The notes below the pieces were generated by a model. It searched no databases, had not been told where the DNA came from, and worked only from the letters and a program-made list of their open reading frames with translations. DNA of 64,000 nt from Nitrospiraceae bacterium (lineage in GTDB: Bacteria; Nitrospirota; Nitrospiria; Nitrospirales; Nitrospiraceae), in the NCBI GenBank assembly GCA_050246315.1, contig JBFWWG010000008.1, forward strand, positions 32,001 to 96,000. Reading direction: 5' to 3'. The translations under genes were made by a program, and so were the position numbers. Below, one piece after another: positions 30,846-43,224 of the stretch. Numbering within the stretch: the stretch's first letter is position 1; every line of letters begins with the position of its first letter.

Positions 30846-32356
30846 TTCATAGACCCACTTCTTCGCTCATCGCCTGCTCCTGGATCTGGGCAAAGTATTT
30901 TGTAAAGTTCCTCATACTGTTGAGCGGCTCCAGTCCACCCAACCTGCACCTGCATGCAGGCATCAATCAGTCTCTCCCATTCCGACTCTCGGTAAAGACC
31001 GAGTGCCCTTTTCAGCGAGCGCATGAAGGCTTCCGGAGTCGGGTCGTCGAACACAAAACCTGTCGGTGCGTGGGAGGCATCTCCGGGATATCCTATCACG
31101 GTGTCAGCCAACCCTCCTGTTTTCCTCACGATCGGCACGGTCCCATATCGCAAGCTAGAGAGCTGGGTCAACCCGCAAGGTTCATATCGCGAAGGAACCA
31201 AGAAAATATCGGCACCGGCCTGAATGCGATGAGCCAACCCTTCGTCAAAACCCAGTCGGACCCGAACGTGAGTTGGGTACGCCTTCTCCAAGTCCTTCAG
31301 CCGGCGCTCCAACAGATGGTCACCGGTTCCCAGCACCACCATCTGGAAATCGATCGTGCCCATGCTTTCCAGTGCATCGGCCACCAGATCGATCCCTTTC
31401 TGCTCCACAAGCCTGGATACAACCCCGATCAACGGACTCTCGTCCACCGGTAACTGCATCGTCTCCTGCAAGGTCGATTTGCACAGTCGCTTCCCTGAAC
31501 GGTCACGCGCGGAGTATCGCGCGGGCAAGCACGGATCTTGTGAAGGATCCCACAGCTCGATATCGATCCCGTTCGTGATACCGATGAGACGATCGTGACG
31601 TTCCCGTAGCACGCCATCCAGCCCAAATCCCAGTTCCGGTAGTTGAATCTCCCGAGCGTAGGTCGGGCTCACGGTCGTGAGCCAGTCGGATGCGACAATG
31701 CCGCCCTTCAGCAGGTTGACGGATCCATAAAACTCGAGCCATGCCGGACTGAACCATTCAGGAGGCAATCCCATCCTCGGATATTCCGACCCAGGGAAAA
31801 TCCCCTGATAGCCGAGATTGTGAATGGTGAGAATGTTTCGAACCCCCTTCAGCATAGCCGGCCGGCCCTCATTTGCGCGTAGGTATAGGGGAACCAATGC
31901 TGCTTGCCAATCGTGCACATGAATTATGTCCGGCATCCATCCTGAAGACTTGGCGGAGGCCATCAGCCATTCCACCGTCGCTCTCGAGAAAAACGCGAAC
32001 CGATCAAGGTTATCGGGAAAGTCTCGGTTTTCCTGTCGATACAACCCCGGACGATCAAAGAACCCTGCGTGACGAACGACGACATAATCCGGACTGCGGG
32101 GGCCGTCTACACGATCCTGTCGAACCAGGATACATTCGATTGTCGCGGACTCGGTCCGACCGAGAACAGGGACGTCGATCGTGCAGAGGGGAGCCCTTGA
32201 AATCACGTGATTGTCTATCGAGCGGTAGCCCGGAAGCATGATCCGCACATCGTGCCCTCGCCGAGTCAGCTCATTCGAAAGGCCGGTGACCATGTCCCCT
32301 AACCCGCCAGTCTTGGCGAGAGGCACCGCCTCAGATGTCACCATGAGGACTTTCAT
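30842..32356 (-). CDS. glgA: Glycogen synthase
   Basis: KTGGLGD, HVHDWQ, TIHNLGYQG, SRYEPCGLTQ. Confidence 0.95.
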   Translation of the reverse strand: MKVLMVTSEAVPLAKTGGLGDMVTGLSNELTRRGHDVRIMLPGYRSIDNHVISRAPLCTIDVPVLGRTESATIECILVRQDRVDGPRSPDYVVVRHAGFFDRPGLYRQENRDFPDNLDRFAFFSRATVEWLMASAKSSGWMPDIIHVHDWQAALVPLYLRANEGRPAMLKGVRNILTIHNLGYQGIFPGSEYPRMGLPPEWFSPAWLEFYGSVNLLKGGIVASDWLTTVSPTYAREIQLPELGFGLDGVLRERHDRLIGITNGIDIELWDPSQDPCLPARYSARDRSGKRLCKSTLQETMQLPVDESPLIGVVSRLVEQKGIDLVADALESMGTIDFQMVVLGTGDHLLERRLKDLEKAYPTHVRVRLGFDEGLAHRIQAGADIFLVPSRYEPCGLTQLSSLRYGTVPIVRKTGGLADTVIGYPGDASHAPTGFVFDDPTPEAFMRSLKRALGLYRESEWERLIDACMQVQVGWTGAAQQYEELYKILCPDPGAGDERRSGSMN

Positions 32357-32874
32357 TGGGAGGATGGTAGACTACCAGAAGGCAGACCGCTAGTGTCAGG
32401 GTGAACGGAAGTGGGAGATTCCAGTCGAGTCTTAAACAATGCTTCCCGCTGCCAGAGTTTCCCCATTGCTTGGATCTGATCCTGACCCATCGACTCGCGA
32501 TACACCAGACGCTCTTGATAGAAACCCAGCATCATCTCCCGCTCCTCATAGGCCAAAAAGATGCCATCGCCCGCTACCATTGCGAGGTCCCAATTGGAGG
32601 GAGACTCACCGACATTCACACGGAAGTGGGGTATCCAACTGCCATCGGATAACACGAAGAATTGGGTCGGTTGAACTGATTGATAAGTCGGCGTCCCCCA
32701 CTCGAAGAGCACCGCCTGCCGCGACACTTTGTGTACCGGCAGCCCTCCAGCGGCAATGAGACGCCGCTGCTCGGCCATTGGCGGCAACCCGCTACAACTC
32801 AGACCCGCAAAGTACAGAACGACAATCCAACACACCGACTGGAACCGCAGATCACGGAGTCTCTGACTGACCAT
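32353..32874 (-). CDS. Hypothetical (lipo)protein
   Basis: In-operon ORF overlapping glgA start; signal-like N-terminus with Cys. Confidence 0.6.
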   Translation of the reverse strand: MVSQRLRDLRFQSVCWIVVLYFAGLSCSGLPPMAEQRRLIAAGGLPVHKVSRQAVLFEWGTPTYQSVQPTQFFVLSDGSWIPHFRVNVGESPSNWDLAMVAGDGIFLAYEEREMMLGFYQERLVYRESMGQDQIQAMGKLWQREALFKTRLESPTSVHPDTSGLPSGSLPSSQ

Positions 32875-32903
32875 CCTCTGTGTTCCTCACACCGTTGAGC
32901 CGC

Positions 32904-33260
32904 CTACAACAACCGTCTGCTCTTGGGCGCTTCAGGCTTCACCGGCTGACAAATGTCACACTGGCATGATCTGCGTAACAGCGCAAACGAATAGATCCCG
33001 CTGTCGTGACCATCGCTAAACGAAAATTTCAACCCGTATCGCCCGACAGGCTCAACGTCCTGGAGCATGATGAGGAGAGGGACATCGTCTGACTGCAATC
33101 GCCGTTCACCTGTCCATTCATCGACGCAAGCCGCACACGGACACTGTTGTCGTAGAAAACGAACGGGATAGACGCCCTGATGGCCATCGGTCCACTCGAT
33201 TCCGAGGACTCCCTTCCCCAGCCACTGCATGTCCTTTGGTTCCAGAGCAAGCGCACTCAT
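32904..33260 (-). CDS. DUF971 / GBBH-like N-terminal domain protein
   Basis: WTDGH...LRQQCPCAAC...VGRYGL...FSDGHDSGIY. Confidence 0.85.
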   Translation of the reverse strand: MSALALEPKDMQWLGKGVLGIEWTDGHQGVYPVRFLRQQCPCAACVDEWTGERRLQSDDVPLLIMLQDVEPVGRYGLKFSFSDGHDSGIYSFALLRRSCQCDICQPVKPEAPKSRRLL

Positions 33261-33327
33261 GACTTGGCTCCTACTTTACCGACCAGAAATCGTCGCACGA
33301 TAGTGAAGTCACCTCCGCAATCCATCA

Positions 33328-34083
33328 TCATCGCGCACGTGGCTCCCATGCATCGACCACCGGCATTTTTCTTCCCGCAACCACGGTAACGAACGTGTCG
33401 ATGGCGACTTCCAACTCAGCGCGAACCCCTCCTTCTGCCCGCAAGCGCGATACCAACGGTATCGGCAGCCTGACCGCCTGCTGCAACAGGGCAAGGGTAC
33501 CGGCTGAAAGAAGCATGCACGGAGCTGATTGTCGAGATAGACACACGGCACACACCATACCTCCGGACCGAGCCGAGAAATGGCGGCTGACCCGCTCCAA
33601 TCGCTTGCCGCAACCGGCGCAGAGATCGACCTGCGGACGAAACCCCGTTTGCCCAAGGATACGAATCTGAAAGAGGACCGCCATCATTCTTGGGTCCGGG
33701 CTCCAGTGAACGGCTTGGAGCCCGGCCTTCAGCGCCTCAAAAATTCTCGAATCCGCATCTCCTTCCGCGGTCACAGCAGCTACGACATTGACAAGCCGCG
33801 CCGCCGCGGTCATTCGATCGAGATTGTCCCTCAGCGCGAGAAACGGCTCTTCGATATCGACGTGCCTGATGCGGTACAGAGCATCGTTCGACTTTTCGAA
33901 CAGCGATACGCGGGAAACAACGAACGGTTCGAGGCCGCTCCCGAATTGACTCTTCGGCCGACGGGCTCCACGGGCCACCCCGCGAACTTTTCCTACCTGA
34001 AGGGTAAAGAACGTGACAATCCGATCGGCCTCTCCCCACCTTCGACTTTTGAGCGTGATAGCCAGGGTATCAATAAGCGGCAT
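33328..34083 (-). CDS. recO: DNA repair protein RecO
   Basis: GEADRIV, VARGARRPKS, CxxC...CxxC; downstream of era and mgtE. Confidence 0.9.
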   Translation of the reverse strand: MPLIDTLAITLKSRRWGEADRIVTFFTLQVGKVRGVARGARRPKSQFGSGLEPFVVSRVSLFEKSNDALYRIRHVDIEEPFLALRDNLDRMTAAARLVNVVAAVTAEGDADSRIFEALKAGLQAVHWSPDPRMMAVLFQIRILGQTGFRPQVDLCAGCGKRLERVSRHFSARSGGMVCAVCLSRQSAPCMLLSAGTLALLQQAVRLPIPLVSRLRAEGGVRAELEVAIDTFVTVVAGRKMPVVDAWEPRAR

Positions 34084-34125
34084 CGGTCAGGTACACGCCG
34101 CCGCAAGGGCGGTAGACAGGCGGAC

Positions 34126-35592
34126 TTAGCGAAGGTAATCGATCAGGAGCGTTGCCAATGTCAAATAGATGGTGATTCCCGTGATATCGTTGGCGGTGGT
34201 CACGAAGGGGCCAGCCGCCACAGCCGGATCAACCCCGCTTCGTTTCAGAAGAATCGGCATGAACGTCGCCATGCTTGTAGAGACCAGGAACGCGACGATC
34301 AAAGACATTCCCACGACCATTCCGAGATACCCCTGTCCATGCCACGCCCAGCCGACGAGCGTTAAGAGGAGACCGCAGGCCAATCCCAACAGTATCGCGA
34401 CACGGATCTCCCGAAAGAACACTTTCCAGGCATCCGACTGCTCAATCGATCCGGTCGCCAACCCACGAATAATGAGGGTAGACGACTGAAGACCGACATT
34501 GCCGCCCATCGCCGCAATGACCGGAATGAAGCTGACCACCGCGACCACTTCTTGAATGGTATAGCGAAAATACCAGAGGATCGCACCGGACAGGAGACTA
34601 CCAAACAGATTGGTAAACAGCCAAGGAAACCGAACCTTGGCCGCCGCCATGCTGGATGACTTGGACAAGACATCCTCTTCCAACGCTCCGGCCATTTTCA
34701 ACATATCTTCTGTCGCCTCTTCCCGGATGACGTCCACCACGTCGTCAACCGTGATGATCCCGACGAGGACATGCTCCCGATCGATCACGGGGATCGCCAA
34801 GAGGTTGTAACTTGCAACTTGCCGCGCGACCTCCTCCTGGTCCATATCGACCATCACACTCATCACATCCCGCGTCATGATGTTTTTGAGCGGCGTCCCG
34901 GGAGGAACCGTCAAGAGCTGGCGCAATGACAGGACCCCAACCAAATGATCGTCCTTGTCGGTCACATAAATATAGAACACGTTCTCGGCATCGCTGGCAT
35001 GCTGGAGCCGACGAATGGCCTCTTGAGCCGTGACATCCTCCGGCAGAGAGAAAAACTCCGTCGTCATGATGCCGCCGGCTGTGTCCTTGGGATACTGGAG
35101 AATGCCGGCGACCTCGGTCGAAACGTCGGCCTTCATCAGAGCCAACGCGTCGTGGGCCCGCTCCGTGGGCAACACTCCCAGAATGTAGGCCACGTCGTCC
35201 GATTCCTGATCCTTCAATAACCAAGCGAGATCCGGCGCCTGCAGATCCGCCACTACGGCATTAATGCTGTCGGCATCGAGTTCGCTGAGGACGAGGCCGC
35301 GTTGCTTCTCCCCGCGCACCAACTCAAAGATCGTCCGCTTGTCCTTGGGCGAGGACAGGTGGCTGATCACCCGGGCAATATCCGCCGAGTGCATGCGTCC
35401 CAACATGCGGGTAAGATTCGTGATCGCCCCACGTCGCAATAACTTCTGAACGCTGGCCAGCAGCAGGGCGAACTTCGATTGTCCCCGCTCCGCACTCTCC
35501 CTGGCCTCCCTGGCCGGGGACGCGCCGAGTCCCTGTCCGGCCTGCGCCGGCGTGTCGCGGACAACGTCTTTATCGGTCGGGATCGCTGACAC
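34126..35592 (-). CDS. mgtE: Magnesium transporter MgtE
   Basis: TAGGIMT, CBS pair, MGGNVGLQS, DPAVAAGPFVTTANDI. Start uncertain. Confidence 0.95.
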   Translation of the reverse strand: MSAIPTDKDVVRDTPAQAGQGLGASPAREARESAERGQSKFALLLASVQKLLRRGAITNLTRMLGRMHSADIARVISHLSSPKDKRTIFELVRGEKQRGLVLSELDADSINAVVADLQAPDLAWLLKDQESDDVAYILGVLPTERAHDALALMKADVSTEVAGILQYPKDTAGGIMTTEFFSLPEDVTAQEAIRRLQHASDAENVFYIYVTDKDDHLVGVLSLRQLLTVPPGTPLKNIMTRDVMSVMVDMDQEEVARQVASYNLLAIPVIDREHVLVGIITVDDVVDVIREEATEDMLKMAGALEEDVLSKSSSMAAAKVRFPWLFTNLFGSLLSGAILWYFRYTIQEVVAVVSFIPVIAAMGGNVGLQSSTLIIRGLATGSIEQSDAWKVFFREIRVAILLGLACGLLLTLVGWAWHGQGYLGMVVGMSLIVAFLVSTSMATFMPILLKRSGVDPAVAAGPFVTTANDITGITIYLTLATLLIDYLR

Positions 35593-35596
35593 GATG

Positions 35597-36481
35597 CTAA
35601 TACCCCAGTTCGGCGAGCAGGCGTTCATCCTGGCGCCATTCTTCGCGTACCTTCACCCAAAGCTGAAGAAAGACTCTCATGCCGAACAGCCGCTCCATTC
35701 CCAGACGGGCGTTCGTGCCGACCCGTTTCAGACGAGCCCCCTGCTGGCCGATCAGAATACCTTTATGCGAATCCTTTTCGACCAGCACCGTCGCGACGAT
35801 CCGCGCAAGTCCCCCCTCCTCCTTGAACTCTTCGATGTCCACTGCCACCGAGTGCGGCACTTCCTCTTCAGTCTCGTGCAGGATCTGCTCGCGAATCAAT
35901 TCGGCCGCAAGCGCCCGCATGGATTGATCCGTCAACATGTCGGCCTCGTACCGAGGTTCTCCTTCCGGCAACGCTTCGACTGTGCCGGCCAGAAGTCGAT
36001 CCACTCCGTCGCCGGTCTTCGCCGAAATGGGAATCAGCGCCGTCCAGGGATAGAGACGGTTATAGGCATCCAGCAACGGCAGCAGTAGGGGCTTTCGCAC
36101 CACATCGATTTTGTTCAGCACGAGCAAGACCGGCCGGGGGTGGCCCCCAAGCACCCGACGAACCTCCTGCACCACCGGACGGTCAGAGGATGCGGATTGT
36201 CGGCCGGCATCCACCACCACATAGACAACGTCGGCCGCATCCAGCGTATCCAGCGTGGTCTGTACCATCCGAGCATTCAGGCGATCCTGCGGCCGATGCA
36301 AACCGGGTGTATCCACAAAGGCAATTTGCGCCTCCGGCAAATGCGCGACCCCTAAGATTCTGCTTCTCGTCGTTTGAGACTTGTTCGAGACGATCGCCAC
36401 CTTCTCGCCGAGCAGGCGGTTCAGCAACGTCGACTTACCGACATTCGGCCTCCCAATGATGGCGACGGTACCCGACTTCAT
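35597..36481 (-). CDS. era: GTPase Era
   Basis: GRPNVGKST, DTPG, NKID, KH domain. Confidence 0.95.
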   Translation of the reverse strand: MKSGTVAIIGRPNVGKSTLLNRLLGEKVAIVSNKSQTTRSRILGVAHLPEAQIAFVDTPGLHRPQDRLNARMVQTTLDTLDAADVVYVVVDAGRQSASSDRPVVQEVRRVLGGHPRPVLLVLNKIDVVRKPLLLPLLDAYNRLYPWTALIPISAKTGDGVDRLLAGTVEALPEGEPRYEADMLTDQSMRALAAELIREQILHETEEEVPHSVAVDIEEFKEEGGLARIVATVLVEKDSHKGILIGQQGARLKRVGTNARLGMERLFGMRVFLQLWVKVREEWRQDERLLAELGY

Positions 36482-36843
36482 CGCGGCGTCACGCTCCCGG
36501 GGCCGATCGATGGGCTGGACGGCGCCAACTGATACACCGTTTCCCCCTTGCGCACGAATCCAAGTTGTTCCCGCGCCAGCTCCTCAAGCCGCTCAGGATC
36601 ATAGCGAAGCCGGTCTACTTCAAGATGCACTTCCGCATTCTTAACCTTCAATTCGCGGATCTCTCGCTCCAGTTGTTGTTCCTGGTTGAGCATCGCCCAA
36701 TATTGCGGAATCCCCATTTCATCGAAGAAAAACGAGATCACGAGCAACAGGCCCACCGCCACGGCGATGAATTTTCCCCACTCCGAGGCCCGTTGTTGGC
36801 GGTCGAGATCAGACCGCCCGCGGTTCCGCTTAATCACATGCAT
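36478..36843 (-). CDS. ftsB: Septum formation initiator FtsB/DivIC
   Basis: TM plus coiled coil, LEELAREQLGFVRKGE; directly after eno. Confidence 0.85.
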   Translation of the reverse strand: MHVIKRNRGRSDLDRQQRASEWGKFIAVAVGLLLVISFFFDEMGIPQYWAMLNQEQQLEREIRELKVKNAEVHLEVDRLRYDPERLEELAREQLGFVRKGETVYQLAPSSPSIGPGSVTPR

Positions 36844-36846
36844 GCG

Positions 36847-38220
<1,374 letters not shown>

Positions 38221-38535
38221 TTAGGTAAATATCGAATCCTCTGTAATGCCCTCCCGGCTTTGCATCCACCCATGACGACCAGCTAACTGCCGGCCATACA
38301 AACTTGGAGTCATTAAAGAGAGAGGCAATGCCTTCCCATTGCGGTATTCCTGAAATGAGCCAAACTGATCCCCACACAGCTTTAGAGTCCTGACAGAGGC
38401 TTGCCACCTGCTTGATATCTGCTGAACCACCCATAATGTCCAATTAAACAACTAGGTGCCTCCGTATAAAGAACTCACCGCCGACAAAACCATCGACCTC
38501 TAAGCTCACCCTATCCATACTAATCTTCTTCCCGA

Positions 38536-38667
38536 CTAGTGTTGCGTCCCAGAAGTTCGTTCGTGGTGAGCCTGTCGAACCATGAACGGAACGCGTTGAA
38601 AGTGGGCGCCCTTCGACACGCTCAGGGCGAACGGGTTATTACCGAAACCTACGGGAAACAACACTAG
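38536..38667. mobile_element. 132-bp MITE/REP-like element bounded by CTAG, with terminal and internal inverted repeats
   Basis: Ends CTAGTGTTG...CAACACTAG; internal inverted pair CGTTCGTGGTGAGCCTGTCGAACC / CCCTTCGACACGCTCAGGGCGAACGG. Confidence 0.65.
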
Positions 38668-38708
38668 CCTCCCACTCTCTCAAGAAGCTGGCCTCGTTCG
38701 AATCCTTT

Positions 38709-38809
38709 TTGGGGGGATGCCTAAACTCGCGTCTACTGCGCGCATGGAACGAGCACCTTCTGAGCGTGCGGGTTCTGCGAGCACACACGCGAGTTCAGGC
38801 ATCCCCCAA
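38709..38809. repeat. ~100-bp imperfect palindrome just downstream of gatB
   Basis: TTGGGGGGATGCCTAAACTCGCGT ... ACGCGAGTTCAGGCATCCCCCAA. Confidence 0.7.
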
Positions 38810-38819
38810 TTCATCTCTC

Positions 38820-40250
38820 TCATCCAGCCAACTTCTCCCTCAACATTTCGTTGACCTTGGCTGGATTCGCCTTCCCGCCCGACGCCTTCATCGCTTGCCC
38901 GACCAGAAAACCCAGCACCTGTGTCTTGCCGCTCTTATACTGCGCGACCTGAGCCGGATTCTTCGCCAACACCTCGTCGAGAATCCGCCCCAGCGCTCCT
39001 TCGTCAGACACCTGTGTGAGCCCCTTCTCCTGCACGAGCTGCTCAGGTGACACCCCAGAACGATAGAGGTCCGGGAAGGTGTCTCTCGCGACCTTCAGAC
39101 TGATGACCCCGCGCTCCACCAATTGCAACAGCTCGGCTAGGCGTTCAGGTGTAACCGGGGACCGATCGGCGGACAGCCCCGACTGATTCAATTCCCGTAG
39201 CAGTTCCCCCATGACAAAGTTGCTGATCGTCTTGGGCTGGGGGAACAGTCTGACGCAGGTTTCAAAATAATCGGCCAACGCCTTGGAACCGGTCAGCACC
39301 TGCGCATCATATTCGGGCAGGCCGTAGTCCGACACGAACCGCGACTGTTTGGCCTCCGGCAATTCCGGCAGGGTCGCGCGAAGGGCCTCAATCCAGGCCG
39401 GATCGATCGTCAGGGGCAACAGATCAGGGTCTGGGAAATAGCGATAGTCGTGGGCTTCTTCCTTGCTGCGCATGACCGCCGTTTGGCCCTTCTCCAGATC
39501 CCAGAGCCGCGTTTCCTGTTGGATCGTCCCTCCCTCCTCGAGCACCTTGGCCTGCCGTTTGATCTCATATTCCATCGCATCCTTCGCAAACTTGAAAGAA
39601 TTGATGTTCTTGAGCTCCACCTTTGTTCCGTAGGCCACTTGTCCGACCGGCCGCAGAGAGAGGTTCGGCTCGCAGCGAAAACTCCCCTCCTCCATGTTCC
39701 CGTCGCACACCCCGAGATACACCAACAGGTCACGCAGCGCCTTAAGGTAGGCTACGACTTCGTCGGGCGACCGCAAGTCGGGCTCGGTGACGATCTCCAA
39801 GAGCGGTGTCCCGGCTCGATTCAGATCGATCCGGCTGGATAGGGTGCCGGTCTCGTGCACGTTCTTCCCGGCATCTTCCTCCAGATGCGCCCGCCGGATG
39901 CGCACCCGCTTGGCCGCCGCCCTGGTCCGGATGTCGAGCCAGCCGTTCGCACAAATGGGAGACTCATATTGCGAGATTTGATACCCCTTGGGCAGGTCCG
40001 GATAAAAGTAGTTCTTGCGGGCAAATCGGCTGGCGGTTTCAATAGTGCAGTTCAGGGCGAGTCCGGCCCGGATCGCCATTTCCACCGCCGCGCGGTTGAC
40101 GACCGGTAGTGAGCCGGGCAATCCGAGGCAGACCGGGCAGACCAAGGTATTGGGAGCGGCGCCGAACGTGGTACTGCACCCGCAAAACATCTTGGAGTCG
40201 GTCCGCAACTGCGCATGGACCTCAACCCCGACAACGACTTCGTAGGTCAC
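38820..40250 (-). CDS. gatB: Asp/Glu-tRNA amidotransferase subunit B
   Basis: [34 protein letters not shown]. Confidence 0.98.
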   Translation of the reverse strand: MTYEVVVGVEVHAQLRTDSKMFCGCSTTFGAAPNTLVCPVCLGLPGSLPVVNRAAVEMAIRAGLALNCTIETASRFARKNYFYPDLPKGYQISQYESPICANGWLDIRTRAAAKRVRIRRAHLEEDAGKNVHETGTLSSRIDLNRAGTPLLEIVTEPDLRSPDEVVAYLKALRDLLVYLGVCDGNMEEGSFRCEPNLSLRPVGQVAYGTKVELKNINSFKFAKDAMEYEIKRQAKVLEEGGTIQQETRLWDLEKGQTAVMRSKEEAHDYRYFPDPDLLPLTIDPAWIEALRATLPELPEAKQSRFVSDYGLPEYDAQVLTGSKALADYFETCVRLFPQPKTISNFVMGELLRELNQSGLSADRSPVTPERLAELLQLVERGVISLKVARDTFPDLYRSGVSPEQLVQEKGLTQVSDEGALGRILDEVLAKNPAQVAQYKSGKTQVLGFLVGQAMKASGGKANPAKVNEMLREKLAG

Positions 40251-40570
40251 GCGCTCCCTTTCCCTCCTTCGACCCGTTCTCGTTCACGGCGCATTGCATC
40301 CCGTCCCGCTTGAAAGGCCTCCGTCAACAACGATTTCTGGGACTCGACGAAATGCCGGCCCTTCTCGGCCACATCTTCCAAGGCTTCGCCCGCCTTTCCC
40401 GCCAGATCCCGCAATTCTCCTTCCGTCCGACGGGCATAGGTCCGCAACTGATCCCGCGTCTCCTGTCCTGAACGAGGGGCCAGAAACAAGGCCGCGACCG
40501 CGCCCATGGTCGCGCCGGTCAAGAACGCCAACAACACCGCCCCTGCTGTCGGTCCACGATCATCCGCCAT
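40247..40570 (-). CDS. YtxH domain-containing protein
   Basis: [27 protein letters not shown] at 40570 after GGAG. Confidence 0.85.
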   Translation of the reverse strand: MADDRGPTAGAVLLAFLTGATMGAVAALFLAPRSGQETRDQLRTYARRTEGELRDLAGKAGEALEDVAEKGRHFVESQKSLLTEAFQAGRDAMRRERERVEGGKGSA

Positions 40571-40970
40571 TGGAACTCCCTCCTTGTGAATGCAACCGAT
40601 CTTTAACCACCGATGAGGCCGCACGAAACCCGGCGACCAAACTGGCCACGTTCGAAAGCAGCGACCCACCGGACCCTCGTACCAAGTTGTGAACCTGCTG
40701 GACGGATTCACCCACCTCACCGATGGCATGCAATAGGGTCGAAGCATGGGTGACGCCATTTTGTGCCTGGTCCGTGAGTTGATTGATGTTTTCCGTCATC
40801 TTCCGCAACTCGCTCAACAGGGTCGGCAGCTCCGCATTGAGTCGAACCAACACCTGGGAGAGTTCGCGAACCGTCTCCCGTAGTTGCAGCAGCGTCGGCA
40901 CGAGAAACGCCACAAAGCCGGCGAAGGCCACAGCCGCGATGATCGCTGCGATTTCAACCCCGTTCATCAT
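40560..40970 (-). CDS. DUF948 (YtxG-like) protein
   Basis: N-terminal TM followed by coiled coil; adjacent to YtxH. Confidence 0.75.
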   Translation of the reverse strand: MMNGVEIAAIIAAVAFAGFVAFLVPTLLQLRETVRELSQVLVRLNAELPTLLSELRKMTENINQLTDQAQNGVTHASTLLHAIGEVGESVQQVHNLVRGSGGSLLSNVASLVAGFRAASSVVKDRLHSQGGSSNGG

Positions 40971-41000
40971 TCAATCCTCCATGCTGGACAGCCGGCCCCG

Positions 41001-42469
<1,469 letters not shown>

Positions 42470-42473
<4 letters not shown>

Positions 42474-42835
42474 GAGGGTTTGGCCTTGTGCACGATGCGA
42501 TTCTTGTCGTCCACGAGAATGATCCGCGGATGGTGCCGCTTGGCCTCTTCCTCGCCGTAGTACTCGTAACAGAAGATGATGATCTTATCGCCCACGACCG
42601 CCTTGCGGGCCGTCGGGCCGTTGAGCACGACCTCGCCACTGCCCCGTTTCCCCGCCATGGCATAGGTGGAGAACCGCTCCCCGTTGTTGAGGTTGGAAAT
42701 CATGATGAATTCATACGGCAAGATGCCGGCCGCTTCGAGCAGGTCTTCGTCCACCGTCAAGCTGCCTTCGTATTCCAGATTGGCGTCGGTGACCAGCACC
42801 CGATGAATCTTGGACCGCAACAATTGTCGAAACAT
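42470..42835 (-). CDS. panD: Aspartate 1-decarboxylase
   Basis: RSKIHR, YEG-SLT self-cleavage site, [11 protein letters not shown] at 42835. Confidence 0.95.
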
Positions 42836-42893
42836 GCGACTATCCTTTTTTTCGCGGCCGGTTCCCACACAGCCCGGCCGACGCTTCGGTTTC

Positions 42894-43187
42894 CTATCGC
42901 TCCTGAATGACCTTGGGAACGAGAAACGTTCCTCCCTCCGCCTCCGGAGCGTTGGCCGTCGCGGCCTCGGCGCCCAACGACGGTCGGACCTCGTCCTCAC
43001 GCAACGGTCCGGGCTGGTCGAGTCCCGAAGCCATGTGGTCCACGCCCTCCGTGCCGATCGTCTTGAGTTGCTCGACATACTCCAAAATCTTGCTCAATTG
43101 GCCGGAGAACAAGGCCTTCTCTTCCTCGCTTACACGAAGCCGTGCGAGTTTCGCGACATGCTCAACTTGTTCGGTCGTGATCGACAC
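42894..43187 (-). CDS. gatC: Asp/Glu-tRNA amidotransferase subunit C
   Basis: VEHVAKLARL, LREDE, FLVPKVI. Confidence 0.95.
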   Translation of the reverse strand: MSITTEQVEHVAKLARLRVSEEEKALFSGQLSKILEYVEQLKTIGTEGVDHMASGLDQPGPLREDEVRPSLGAEAATANAPEAEGGTFLVPKVIQER

Positions 43188-43224
43188 CGTCAGGCCTCCC
43201 TTCGCCGCCTTCGCTCCTACCGGA

